A stretch of 64,000 bases of DNA. Source: Ranitomeya imitator. Taxonomy: Eukaryota. Shown here piece after piece: positions 36,173 to 51,545 of this stretch. The stretch lies in assembly GCF_032444005.1 (NCBI RefSeq), contig NC_091285.1:19902001-19966000 (forward strand), in the 5' to 3' direction. The position numbers and the translations under genes are program-made. Position 1 is the stretch's first letter; each line of letters opens with the position of its first letter. The notes beneath the pieces were generated by a model. That model was not told the origin of the DNA and did not search any database. It saw only the letters and a program-made list of their open reading frames with translations.

Positions 36173-37340
36173 AAAAAAAAACATATCTGCCATTCACGTG
36201 TCTGGGAAAGCTTGGTGATATCTGATATGGTCTTTATGCCTGCCTTCGTAAATAGTCATAATCGCCTCCGCGTTCTCACAACTATTCGGGCTACCCGGTA
36301 GTGGATCATCCTTGTTGATCGTCTCATTTGGTTTCTATATTTACACCCATTTTACGCTCCCAACAGCTAAAAAAGTATCACAAGACAATAAAATGTGCAT
36401 CCCCCCGCCGCGACATAATGGGACAGGAAACGTTCCGGAAGTGGGGATGCTGTAAAGGAGGCGATCATGACAAAGACACGTAAAAGTCCCACAGTGATGG
36501 AAAATGGTTCCTGTATTATCTTTTTATATTGTCCACATGTCCATATTATCAGGCTGAGACACGAGGTATTCCGAATGGTCGATCCTCTGTTATTCCTCCT
36601 GGAAATGTAGGAAACTCAGGATGTTCTTCACACTGCGAGATCCGGAGGATTTGTTTAGAAGGGACAAGGATAATGGTGGCTCCCAATTATCAATCTATCT
36701 ATACATTGACAGGAAGAACAATGGAGGGAGGCTTTGTGACTACTGAGAAATGGTCCTAATGGGATCGTTGTTTCCTGGGGACCTAGATATTTACTAAGGA
36801 GACGGTTCTCGCCAGTAATGGGATCTTCTTTCATTACATTCTTAGAAAGTTAGAAGTTGCCTAGTTAGATGGGCCATTTCGATCAACGTGTGGTCCTGTG
36901 AAGGGTTAATCGCCCCCCACTCCCACTCTCCTCTCAGGCTCCTGCAAAGGGGGAAAAAAAAATCTGGAACTGTTTTTAGGACTGATTGAAGACCTGCAGG
37001 TTTTCCAAGAACTAGTATCCCAAGTGGAAAACCCAAGGAAGGCCAAATCTCTTCCAGGAACGAGGGAGGAGATGAGGAGGGGGTAATAAATTCAGCCCAA
37101 AATATAGGTTGCTCTTTTTTTTTAGTTTTTTTTTTTTCTTTCCTTTTTTTTTGTTAAGTCCCCTGGAAGGTGGTAATCTGATGCTGCGAGCGCATTCCAG
37201 GGGTCTCGGGAATCCAGAGACAAGAGAGGACAGAGTCAGGTACAGGCAGATGTGCAACCGCTCCGCACCCATGTCTGTCCTGAGAGTAAAGGGTTAACGT
37301 GTAGGACAGGAATAAGGGGTGCAAGCGTGCCCCCCCCTAA

Positions 37341-39138
<1,798 letters not shown>

Positions 39139-42100
39139 CTGTGGTATAACTTTTCCAAATTATAAATTGACGTCTACACAGGACTGATCTCACAGATCTC
39201 TTCTTTGTGGAAATTACACAGATTTCCCCCATTGAATTTTTATTTTCTGCCCAGAAAACTGCAGCTTTCACTTTAAGAAGCCATGTTCCAGAAAATCTAT
39301 CAATAAACTGACAGGTGCCCCCACTGTGCTATACCTAATGCGGGGACGGAGGGGGCGGAGCACAACTCACAGCCCGATACTGGTGATATATAAATCTTGA
39401 TCCTCCCCCTCCGGCCCCCCACTTGGTATAAGACAATGTATCACGTGACTCGTGCATGTTCCTTTAAGTGTTCATAGATTCTCTAAAAGATAATAAAATA
39501 GTGTTTTCCCTTTTAATCATTTTTTCTTAAAGAGACAGGGACATACATTTTATTAAAGAAACAGGCGCAGATCTTTTATTAAAGAGACAGGAGCAGAGGT
39601 GACATAATTTATAGGCTATGGTTCATGCTCCTGACCCACATCAGGCATTTTTTATACATGGTTGGTGAATAAGAATCAGTGATGTGATGTGTTGTTGCCA
39701 GGATCCTGTTAATTTATAACCAAATGAAATGGTGTAAGTGAAGAAATGGACCGTGACGGGGGCTTTCCATATGGAACCATCTGCAATACTGCATCTAATG
39801 TCATCTAAATGCTTTGCCGTGATGGTATTTAGGCTGCATTTTGGTGTCCATCTTATGCTCCCAACACCCGGGGCCCTCCGTTCTACCAGACTGACCTTAA
39901 AACACGTTTTTTATTCTCAGTAGTACATTTATGGGGGTTCGTACAACCCTGTAACTTTTTGTGACCGGTTCACTAATGAAATAATACAATTCTCTCTGTC
40001 ACCAATAGGGGGAGCTCACTGCATACAGGTTTATTATTGAGACCAATGGAAGCAATATATATCATTATGCATTGAGCTCCCTCTAGTGGTGGCTGGAGGC
40101 AGGCATATTTTTTCCATTTAAGTAGATTGTTAATTTTGTATCTAAAACCTGGAGTTCCTGCCCTATAAAGAATCCTGAGAACTATCTGTATACGTTTTAG
40201 GGGGTCTTTTCTGCTGGAGACCACCATTAACGCCTTGTTTATTCTATACTGTAGTCACATAACATCAGTGCTAAAAATCGTTATCTGGGACTGCAAAGTT
40301 TCAGATCAGTGGAGGTCCGACTCTTGGAACCCCCCGTTGATGAACTGATGGTGCCACTGTGCTGCACAAAGTACTGATCCCTCCTTATTACTTACCAGTT
40401 TGGCTGAGCTTTTCAGAAAAGTCTGCGATCGGTTTATGGTTGACACCAGTGAACAATAGTTTCAGGTATGGCTGGATCCATCAGCTTGGCAGCCATATTG
40501 CCAGCTAGTTGGTATCCGGCCATCAGAGGTTCCCAGTGATGACTGCTTGTTATGCGCCCGGACCGACGTACTGTGGTCACTTCGTGGTTTGTTTGGTAAC
40601 CACAGGCCGCCTAGTAAATCATATGTTTTGAGTTAAATGGTGGGAAAAATACAGAGGAGCGCAGCTCTGGAGGATTTTACCGGAGAATCTTCTGTCAATC
40701 AGTGGTTCAGATGTGGATTCATTAGTGGTCATCATGCTCAACAGCTGATGGGATGCCTTATAGTTTCTAAGTGATGGACTATGACAGTCAACCGGGTTGT
40801 TTATTTTCATTTTTATTTTACCTTTCCTTTATAGTCTCGTCTGGGAATTGTATTTTCTTAGGAAGTCTGTATTTAAGTCACCTATGGATTATATGTTGGT
40901 AACTTTTTAGGGATCTAGCCTGTGTCTGTATATTTTAGAGGGTCTAGTTGAAGTTCTATTTTTTTCCTTTTTGGCTTCTGTATGTGTGTAGAGAGTTTTG
41001 GTCTGGGTTCTGCGTTTATGTAAGCAGTATGATCTAGGGTCTGTAACTGTTTAGGGATCAGCTCTGCAGCTGTATATATTTTGGAGGTATGGTCCTTGGT
41101 CTATATTTCATTCCTGAGCACTGCAGCATACAGGAGTCTGGCCTGGAGTCTGTATTTAAGGGGTCTTTAGTCTGTAACTGTTTAGGGATGTGCTTTGCAA
41201 CTATTTATGTAGGGGGTCCGGTCTGGGGGGCCTATAATAATTTTTAAGGTCTGGGGTACATATGGCTAAATATATAGACCATACACCAAAAGCCAATATA
41301 GCTTGGGTCAAACTCTTACCTCTCCTTGTTCCTGGAGTCTGCAGCGGACAGAGGTCTGGTCTGGGGTCAGAATTAAGCCTTAGACCAATATTAGTTCAAT
41401 AGGTTTTCATCTGGGGTCTGTATAATTATAATAGTCCTCTTCCACCTTGGCCAATGTCGTCGACTGTTTACGGTTTTTCAGGATTAGTGATAAATATCTC
41501 CAGTTTCCAGGTTTTTCTTTTTTGCGATTGTGAAATTTCCCAGGTGGTTTCTATTTTGGTCAATCTGATGTAGCAATCCTTAAGGATTTTGGTATTAACC
41601 CTTGTGGTGAGGCGTATGTGCAGCTCTATTCCATTCAGATGGATGCCCGAGCCATTTGGTGGTCACCAACATGGCTTGCACCACTGTAGACAGAGACTTT
41701 TTCTATGAGGCCTGAAGTGGAGACCCATCGCGGTACCCTTTTTTTGTTATCTTATTAAAAGTTCTGATTTTCATAGCACAGTTTGCAAATCTGTTTGTAA
41801 ATGGGCTGTGAGTTATGATAATTTATATTTTAGGGAGCATTCCCTAATGGAATAATAGGAGCTTTAACTGTCATATGATAAATGTTGGTAAGCGTGACCC
41901 TGCTGAGATAATTTCGATCGATGCATTAAGATCACACATGGTTAGAGGCCCAAACTCATCCACAGTTCATATACAGTGGGATTCTTAGTCGAGGCAATAA
42001 TGAACATAGGAAACAGCTATACCCATATTATAGAGAAGGGATTTTAAGAATAAAAATTAAACATTTATCAATTTTTTTTATAATATTTTGCCTACATGAC

Positions 42101-43194
42101 TAGCGAATATTTTCTGTGCCATTGATATTAATATCAATTGTGAATAGAACTGCCCTTTAAGTGATGCCAACTCAGCAGGTATCTGGAAAGGCATTAAGTG
42201 TAGATAATGGAGCAATGGATTCGCTAAGGCAAGGGCCAGCTGCAGACTCGTCTATTCTCACGGGTCTCTTGGAATAAGGACACTGTTTATATTAGTCCAG
42301 GGAATCTAAGGAGCACTGTCTATGGGAGCTGCTTGTGTCCATACACACATCCTGGCTCCAGTCCAGATGGGGAAGTATGCCGTCATACACTAATGAGCGT
42401 GGGGGAGGAGTTGGGTGTATTAGAGTTGAGGCCTTGAATGCAGAGCTGATCACAAGTGCTAAAATCTACATTAGTTTGGTTTTCTTAAAAGGACAAACTA
42501 TTCCAAATTTTTAGGCTGTGTTATGCCCAGTGGAAAGTCAAGGGGGCGGTCATCATCGAGGGATTCTAAGAGCATGTCTTGTTTTAGAAAAAAAACACAC
42601 TATAAAAGTTTAGCTTTGTTTCTTTTAAGTTTTAAATCTTACTTTATCTGGAAACTACATATGTGACCCCAGGTAACCCCCATATTACAATCCCCTTCTG
42701 TCACCCCTTGAAGCTGCCTACTGTTTATACAGAGAAATCAATAATAAAATCGCATACACTAAGCTCCCTCTAGTGGTGGCTGCAGGGAGACATAATTTTA
42801 TCATTCATCTTTCTGTATCTGAAAAGCGGAGCTCTGACTACTGAAGAAATAATAGCATAATATATTTTGGCAGTCACCCAGCTTTCCTGATCCAGAATAG
42901 CATATCTTCATAGCTATATAAAGATACACCCTTACCTCTTTAAGAGTTTCATCCCAACCTATCCACAGGAACTGTGATTACTTGCTGGGGGTCGCACCGC
43001 ATCGATCCTCAGGTCGGAGCTTTGAAGTGCCCTCTTTGAATGACATGATGTTTGAGCATGTGCAACACCGCTCTATTTGTTGTCTATGGCACTGTGTGCG
43101 CATGTGTGGCCATGGCACCATTCATACAGAGGCGTAACATAAGGCTCCTTGGCCTTAACGGAAATTGTGTAACCAGGGCCCTCACCTACCATTA

Positions 43195-46040
43195 TCCTGG
43201 GCCCCATCCTGGTATATATATCCCCCATCCTGGTATATATGTCCCCTATTCTGGTATATATGTCCCCCATCCTGATATATATGTCCCCTATTCTGGTATG
43301 TATTCCCATCTATCCTGGTATATATGTCCCCCATTCTGGTATATATGCCCCCCATCCTGTTATATATATCCCCCATCCTGGTATACATATCCCCCATCCT
43401 GGTATATATATCCCCCATCCTGGTATATATGCCCCCCATCCTGGTATATATATCCCCCATCATGGTATATATGTCCCCCATACTGGTATATATGTCCTCC
43501 ATCCAGGTATATATATCCCCTATTATGGTATATATGTCCCCCATCCTGTTATATATATACCCCTCATCCTGGTATATATGTCCCCCATCCTGATATATAA
43601 ATCCCCCATCCTGGTATATATATCCCCCATCCTGGTATATATCCCCCATCCTGATATATATCTCCCATCCTGGTATATATATCCCCCATCCTGGTATATA
43701 TATCCCCCATCCTGATATATATCTCCCATCCTGGTATATATGCCCCCATCCTGTTATATATGTCCCCCATCCTGGTATATATATCCCCCATCCTAGTATA
43801 TATACAGTGGGGCAAAAAAGTATTTAGTCAGTCAGCAATAGTGCAAGTTCCACCACTTAAAAAGATGAGAGGCGTCTGTAATTTACATCATAGGTAGACC
43901 TCAACTATGGGAGACAAGCTGAGAAAAAAAAATCCAGAAAATCACATTGTCTGTTTTTTTAACATTTTATTTGCATATTATGGTGGAAAATAAGTATTTG
44001 GTCAGAAACAAACAATCAAGATTTCTGGCTCTCACAGACCTGTAACTTCTTCTTTAAGAGTCTCCTCTTTCCTCCACTCATTACCTGTAGTAATGGCGCC
44101 TGTTTAAACTTGTTATCAGTATAAAAAGACACCTGTGCACACCCTCAAACAGTCTGACTCCAAACTCCACTATGGTGAAGACCAAAGAGCTGTCAAAGGA
44201 CACCAGAAACAAAATTGTAGCCCTGCACCAGGCTGGGAAGACTGAATCTGCAATAGCCAACCAGCTTGGAGTGAAGAAATCAACAGTGGGAGCAATAATT
44301 AGAAAATGGAAGACATACAAGACCACTGATAATCTCCCTCGATCTGGGGCTCCACGCAAAATCCCACCCCGTGGGGTCAGAATGATCACAAGAACGGTGA
44401 GCAAAAATCCCAGAACCACGCGGGGGACCTAGTGAATGAACTGCAGAGAGCTGGGACCAATGTAACAAGGCCTACCATAAGTAACACACTACGCCACCAT
44501 GGACTCAGATCCTGCAGTGCCAGACGTGTCCCACTGCTTAAGCAAGTACATGTCCGGGCCCGTCTGAAGTTTGCTAGAGAGCATTTGGATGATCCAGAGG
44601 AGTTTTGGGAGAATGTCCTATGGTCTGATGAAACCAAACTGGAACTGTTTGGTAGAAACACAACTTGTTGTGTTTGGAGGAAAAAGAATACTGAGTTGCA
44701 TCCATCAAACACCATACCTACTGTAAAGCATGGTGGTGGAAACATCATGCTTTGGGGCTGTTTCTCTGCAAAGGGGCCAGGACGACTGAACCGGGTACAT
44801 GAAAGAATGAATGGGGCCATGTATCGTGAGATTTTGAGTGCAAACCTCCTTCCATCAGCAAGGGCATTGAAGATGAAACGTGGCTGGGTCTTTCAACATG
44901 ACAATGATCCAAAGCACACCGCCAGGGCAACGAAGGAGTGGCTTCGTAAGAAGCATTTCAAGGTCCTGGAGTGGCCTAGCCAGTCTCCAGATCTCAACCC
45001 TATAGAAAACCTTTGGAGGGAGTTGAAAGTCCGTGTTGCCAAGCGAAAAGCCAAAAACATCACTGCTCTAGAGGAGATCTGCATGGAGGAATGGGCCAAC
45101 ATACCAACAACAGTGTGTGGCAACCTTGTGAAGACTTACAGAAAACGTTTGACCTCTGTCATTGCCAACAAAGGATATATTACAAAGTATTGAGATGAAA
45201 TTTTGTTTCTGACCAAATACTTATTTTCCACCATAATATGCAAATAAAATGTTAAAAAAACAGACAATGTGATTTTCAGGATTTTTTTTTCTCAGTTTTT
45301 CTCCCATAGTTGAGGTCTACCTATGATGTAAATTACAGACGCCTCTCATCTTTTTAAGTGGTGGAACTTGCACTATTGCTGACTGACTAAATACTTTTTT
45401 GCCCCACTGTATATCCCCCATCCTGGTATATATGCCCCCATCCTGGTATATATGCCCCCATCCTGTTATATATGTCCCCCATCCTGGTATATATGTCCCC
45501 CATCCTGGTATATATATCCCCCATCCTGGTATATATCCCCCATCCTGATATATATCTCCCATCCTGGTATATATGTCCCCCATCCTGTTATATATGTCCC
45601 CCATCCTGGTATATATGTACCCCATCCTGTTATATATATACCCCCCATCCTGGTATATATCCCCCATCCTGATATATATCTCCCATCCTGGTATATATGC
45701 CCCCATCCTGTTATATATGTCCCCCATCCTGGTATATATATCCCCATCCTGGTATATATATCCCCCATCCTGGTATACGGTATATATCACCCATCCTGGT
45801 ATACAGTATATATCCCCCATCCTGGTATATGTCCCCCATCCTGATATATATCTCCCATCCTGGTATATATGCCCCCATCCTGTTATATGTATCCCCCATC
45901 CTGGTATATATCCCCCATCCTGATATATATCTCCCATCCTGTTATATATATCTCCCATCCTGGTATATATATCCCCCATCCTGGTATATATCCCCCATCC
46001 TGGTATACAGTATATATCCCCCATCCTGGTATATGTCCCA
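43195..46040. repeat. About 18-21-bp minisatellite (ccccatcctggtatatat-) interrupted by Tc1 element B
   Basis: The same unit occurs at 43195-43804 and 45410-46040. Confidence 0.93.
43805..45409 (+). mobile_element. Full-length Tc1 element B (same family as A), 1-nt frameshift near 44422
   Basis: TA TSD, TIRs as in A, 1605 bp. ORF split into 44172-44432 and 44432-45193. Confidence 0.97.
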
Positions 46041-46724
46041 CTTTCTGTCCCTGTTCTTAAATGCATAGAAAAAAATAAACAATTATACTCACCTTTCCTC
46101 CACTCCCCCACCGCACACCATCCTTTTCTGAAGCCGGCAGCTGACATCAGCGTAAAAGCGACATCACTGCCATGCGCCCTCTGTCACGTGCACATCGACG
46201 TCAGCTGCTGGCCTCTGATTGGCTGTCATCATATATTGCAGTGTACTGACCCGACGGGTCTCTGTGCCGTAATACGCTTCTGCTGAAAGTTCTGGCGTTG
46301 GCGGGCGGCGGTCTCGATCTCTGTGACCGCAGTGTTACACCTCTGGCAGTACTGCTCCATTCATTGTCTATGGGACTAAGAGTAACACGGAGGCGAAACA
46401 TGAGGCTCTTGGATCCTAATGGAAATTCTGTGCCATTGTCCTCCGACATGGTCGCGGGCCGTTCATCACCAGGACCCGGGTGTGTCTGCCATCTCTGCGC
46501 CCCCTATAGCTTCGCCTGAGTGTTTTTACTATTTTCACACATCTTTGCAGCGTTTCTTCGTCTGTGTCACTTCCTGTTATTAACACTGTCACTTCCTGTG
46601 CTTCAGCGTGAGAAAAAGCATCACGTCCGGCGTGTGGGTGAAAGTCACAATTAGAGGTCGCCGAGGAAGAGCACGGTTATGTCAGGATGAGCAAAACATG
46701 ATCATATGTTGTGTGTGGAGAAAC

Positions 46725-47056
46725 GGAGATCCTATTCCAATATGTAGTAGATGTAATAATAATATGAGCAAATACCTCCAATTATAAATTGTGAAGTATA
46801 GTTCTTCTGATTAGCTGTGTCGCTTATCCCATGTGCAGGGCATTGCAGTAGCTTAGGAATCCTTACGACCACTCATATTGTGACAGCTTCTTAGTTGGCT
46901 GTTAGTGGTCATAATTATGGATACCTAAGCTACCGCAATGCCCTGCGCGTAGCTAATTAGAAGAACTATCCTATATTTCAAATTGGAGGTAAGTGCTAAT
47001 ATTATTATTATTACACATACTACATATTTTGGATCTTGGAGAGGGGAAGAACCCTT
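46725..47056. mobile_element. Older foldback MITE copy
   Basis: Imperfect palindrome homologous to 47626-47966. Confidence 0.75.
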
Positions 47057-47625
47057 TACATATTCTTCAACTACCTAATATCCTTTATTTTTCAGTTCCT
47101 ATCTATTAATTCCTTATTTTCCAATTCCAAGATCTTTGCTTACTGTCGGTGAATGTGAACATTCTTTTTCACATTTGGCCTAGGGTTACGCAAGCAATAT
47201 AAAAAGCGTGTTGAGGTTTCGCTATAAAGAATTTTAGGCTCTAAACCACTGTAACAAACCCTCAGCTGTGAGAAGAAATAGGTCTGTATTAGGCTGCCTC
47301 TAAATGGAAACAGTCAATGTTCTTAGTCACTGACAGCAAGCGGAGATCTTTACTATGGAGAATATGGAAATGGCTGTATGTAAGGAGTGTAAACAGCGCC
47401 ATACTCTGTGTTGTGGCCGTTCTCAGGTACTGCAGCTCAGATTACGTTCACTTCCATAGGAGCTGAGCTGCAGTACCAAAAACTGCCAGTACACAGTGGA
47501 TGGAGCCGTGGAGTTCACCGCTTACATACGGCCGCCACCACCAATCTGATATTTGTTACCTATCCTGAGTATAGTTCATGAGAAACTAAGTAGTGGACAA
47601 CCCCTTTAAATTTGACCACAGTTAA

Positions 47626-47966
47626 AGGATGCTCCAATCTCCAAGATCCTATCCCAATATGTAGTAGGTATAATAATAATAATATTAGCAAATACCTCCA
47701 ATTAAAAATATTGTATAGTTCTTCTGATTAGCTATGTGGTTTACCCCATGTGCAGGGCATTGCAGTAGCTTAGGTATCCATGGTTACAACCACTAACAAT
47801 TAACTGTCACTATATCAGTGGCTGTAACCATGGATACCTAAGCTACTGCAATGCCCTGCACATGGGGTAAACCACATAGCTAATCAGAAGAACTATACAA
47901 CATTTTTAATTGGAGGTATTTGCTAATATTATTACACCTACATATTGGGAGAGGATCTTGAAGGTT
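47626..47966. mobile_element. Foldback MITE (Kolobok/T2-like, TTAA|AGG start)
   Basis: About 150-bp near-perfect inverted arms around a 26-bp spacer. TTAA at 47622-47625 and 47967-47970. Confidence 0.8.
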
Positions 47967-48288
47967 TTAAAAATGAAAGCTGAGCGGTGATTAGTTGCTA
48001 CGGGAAACACAGAGAAATGAGGCCTAGTGTACGCAAGGGTTAAAATTCCACCCTGTCCCCCTTTGACTCATGTTCCTCTAGAGATCTTACTCCTATTTTC
48101 AGGGTTTTGCCCTAAAAAACCAGCCATGTTTCCGCTTACGTGAGGAGCTGAATGTACACAATCCTATACAGAGAGCGGACAGGAAGCCGCCAGGTCAGGG
48201 CCGCACAGACACAAGTGACATCTTCAAGATGCAGGGCGGCGCCGTACTACAACGCCTAACGGAGCCTGAGGCTCATAACTATACTTAA

Positions 48289-48552
48289 AGGGGTTGTCCG
48301 GGACTTTAAGATTGATGGCCTATCCTTTTCTGCTTGCTGTCAGTCAATGAGAATATTCTTAAAAGGGTTGTCTGGGACTTTAAAATTGATGCTTTATCCT
48401 TAGCTGATTGGTGGGGGGGCGACATCCGGTGCACCCGCCGATCAGCTAAAGATAGGCCATCGATGCTAAAGTCCTAAACATCCCCTTTAAGAATGTTCTC
48501 ATTGACTGACAGCACGCAGAAAAGGATAGGCCATCAATCTTAGAGTCCCGGA
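48289..48552. mobile_element. Nested TTAA MITEs (inner 48363-48486 inside an outer palindromic MITE)
   Basis: TTAA duplicated at 48359-48362 and 48487-48490. The outer arms are reverse complements, and both elements begin a(a/g)gggttgtc. Confidence 0.8.
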
Positions 48553-48720
48553 GCAAGCAGAAAAATTAAACCATGATTCATCAAAACTGGAATTTTGTAC
48601 GCCAGAGTCGATGAAGGGGGAAAAGGAGTACTGGAATCAGACTGGGGTACATTTCTGCCACTTTTTATGCAGGTCCTTAGGGTGAAATATTTAATCAGCG
48701 CTGGTATTGTTCGCCACGCT

Positions 48721-51545
48721 GAGGGGGGAGCCGCACTCTCACTGTGGGGGTGGAGCCGCACTCTCACTGTGGGGGTGGAGCTGCACTCTCACTGTGGGGG
48801 TGGAGCTGCACTCTCGCTGGGGGGAGCCGCACTCTCACTGTGGGGGTGGAGCCGCACTCTCACTGTGGGGGTGGAGCTGCACTCTCGCTGGGGGGGAACC
48901 GCACTCTCACTGGGGGGAGCCGCACTCTCGCTGGAGGGAGCCGCACTCTCACTGGGGGAGCCGCACTCTCACTGGAGGGAGCCGCACTCTCACTGGGGGG
49001 AGCCGCACTCTCGCTTGGGGGAGCCGCACTCTCCCTGGTGGGGAGCTGCACTCTCGCTGGGGGGGAGCCGCACTCTCGCTGGGGGGGAGCCGCACTCTCG
49101 CTGGGGGGGAGCCGCACTCTCGCTGGGGGGGAGCCGCACTCTCGCTGGGGTGGAGCTGCACTCTCACTGGGGGGAGCCGCACTCTCACTGGGGGGAGCCG
49201 CACTCTAGCGGGGGGGGAGCTGCACTCTCACTGTGGGGGTGGAGCCGCACTCTCACTGTGGGGGTGGAGTTGCACTCTCGCTGGGGGGAGCCGCACTCTT
49301 GCTGGAGGGAGCCGCACTCTCACTGGGGGGAGCCGCACTGTCGCTGTGGGGGTGGAGCTGCACTCTCGCTGGGGGGGAACCGCACTCTCGCTGGGGGGGA
49401 GCCGCACTCTCGCTGGGGGGGAGCCGCACTCTCACTGGGGGGAGCTGCACTCTCGCCGGGGGGGGAGCTGCACTCTCGCTGGGGGGGAACCGCACTCTCG
49501 CTGGGGGGGAACCGCACTCTCGCTGGGGGGGAGCCGCACTCTCACTGGGGGGAGCTGCACTCTCGCCGGGGGGGAGCTGCACTCTCGCCGGGGGGGAGCC
49601 GCACTCTCGCTGGAGGGAGCCGCATTCTCACTGGGGGTAGCCGCACTCTTGCTGGGGGGAGAGCCGCACTCTTGCTGAGGAGGGAGCCGCACTCTCACTG
49701 GTGGGGAGCCGCACTCTCGCTGGGGGAGAGCCGCACTCTCACTGGAGGGAGCCGCACTCTCACTGGGGGGAGCCACACTCTCACTGGAGGGAGCCGCACT
49801 CTCACTGGGGGGAGCCGCACTCTCGCTGGGGGGATCCGCACTCTCACTGGGGGGAGCCGCACTCTTGCTGGGGGGAGCCGCACTCTTGCTGAGGAGGGAG
49901 CCGCACTCTCACTGGTGGGGAGCCGCACTCTCGCTGGGGGGAGCCACACTCTCACTGGAGGGAGCCGCACTCTCACTGGGGGGAGCCGCACTCTCGCTGG
50001 GGGGATCCGCACTCTCACTGGGGGGAGCCGCACTCTTGCTGGGGGGAGAGCCGCATTCTCGCTGGAGGGAGCCGCACTCTCACTGGGGGGAGCCACACTC
50101 TCACTGGAGGGAGCCACACTCTCACTGGAGGGAGCCGCACTCTCACTGGGGGGAGCCGCACTCTCGCTGGGGGGATCCGCACTCTCACTGGGGGGGAGCC
50201 GCACTCTTGCTGGGGGGAGAGCCGCACTCTTGCTGAGGAGGGAGCCGCACTCTCCCTGGTGGGGAGCCGCACTCTCGCTGGGGGGAGCCACACTCTCACT
50301 GGAGGGAGCCGCACTCTCACTGGGGGGAGCCGCACTCTCGCTGGGGGGAGCCGCACTCTTGCTGAGGGGAGCCGTACTCTTGCTGAGGAGGGAGCCGCAC
50401 TCTCACTGGTGGGGAGCCGCACTCTCGCTGGAGGGAGCCGCACTCTCACTGGGGGGAGCCGCACTCTCTCTGGGGGGAGCCGCACTCTTGCTGGGGGGAG
50501 AGCCGCACTCTTGCTGAGGAGGGAGCCGCACTCTCACTGGTGGGGAGCCGCACTCTCGCTGGGGGAGAGCCGCACTCTCGCTGGAGGGAGCCGCACTCTC
50601 ACTGGGGGGAGCCGCACTCTCGCTGGAGGGAGCCGCACTCTCACTGGGGGGGTGCCGCACTCTCGCTGGGGGGAGCCGCACTCTCGCTAGGGGGGAGCCG
50701 CACTCTCACTGGGGGGAGCCGCACTCTCACTGGGGAGGGAGCTGCACTCTCGCTGGGGGGAGTCGCACTCTTGCTGGGGGAGAGCCGCAGTCTCGCTGGG
50801 GAGGGAGCCGCACTCTCGCTGGGAGGAGCCGCACTCTTGCTGGGGGAGAGCCGCAGTCTCGCTGGGGGGGGGGGGAGCTGCACTCTCCCTGGTGGGGAGC
50901 CGCACTCTTGCTGGGGGAGAGCCGCAGTCTCGCTGGGGGGGGGAGCTGCACTCTCCCTGGTGGGGAGCCGCACTCTCGCTGGGGGAGAGCCACACTCTCG
51001 CTAGGGGAGAGCCGCACTCTCGCTGGGGGGAGCCGCACCCTCGCTGGGGGGAGCCGCACCCTCGCTGGGGGGAGCCGCACTCTCGCTTGGGGGGAGCCGC
51101 ACTCTCGCTTGGGGGGAGCCGCACTCTCGCTGGGGGAGAGCCGCAGTCTCCCTGGGGGGGAGCCGCACTCTCGCTGGGGGGAGCCGCACTCTCGCTGGGG
51201 GGAGCCGCACTCTCGCTGGGGGAGCCGCACTCTTGCTGGGGGGAGCCGCACACTCGCTGGGGGGAGCCGCACTCTCGCTTGGGGTGAGCCGCACTCTCCC
51301 TGGGGGAGCCGCACTCTCGCTGGGGGGAGCCGCACTCTTGCTGGGGGGAGCCGCACTCTCGCTGGGGGGGAGCCGCACTCTTGCTGAGGGGGGAGTTGCA
51401 CTCTTGCTGAGGGGGGAGCCGCACTCTTGCTGGGGGGGAGCCGCACTCTTGCTGGGGGAGAGCTGCACTCTCGCTGGGGTGGGGAGCCGCACTCTTGCTG
51501 AGGGAAGAGCCGCACTCTCGCTGGGGTGGGGAGCCGCACTCTCGT
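48721..51545. repeat. G-rich about 20-23-bp minisatellite, 2.8 kb
   Basis: Unit ggggg(g)agccgcactctc(g/a)ct with variable G-run length. Confidence 0.96.

Noticed and set aside
36790-37300. Second possible promoter or exon (unique purine-rich stretch with CAG|GTACAG near 37240)
   Set aside because: The donor is weak, and there is no coding similarity or independent evidence.
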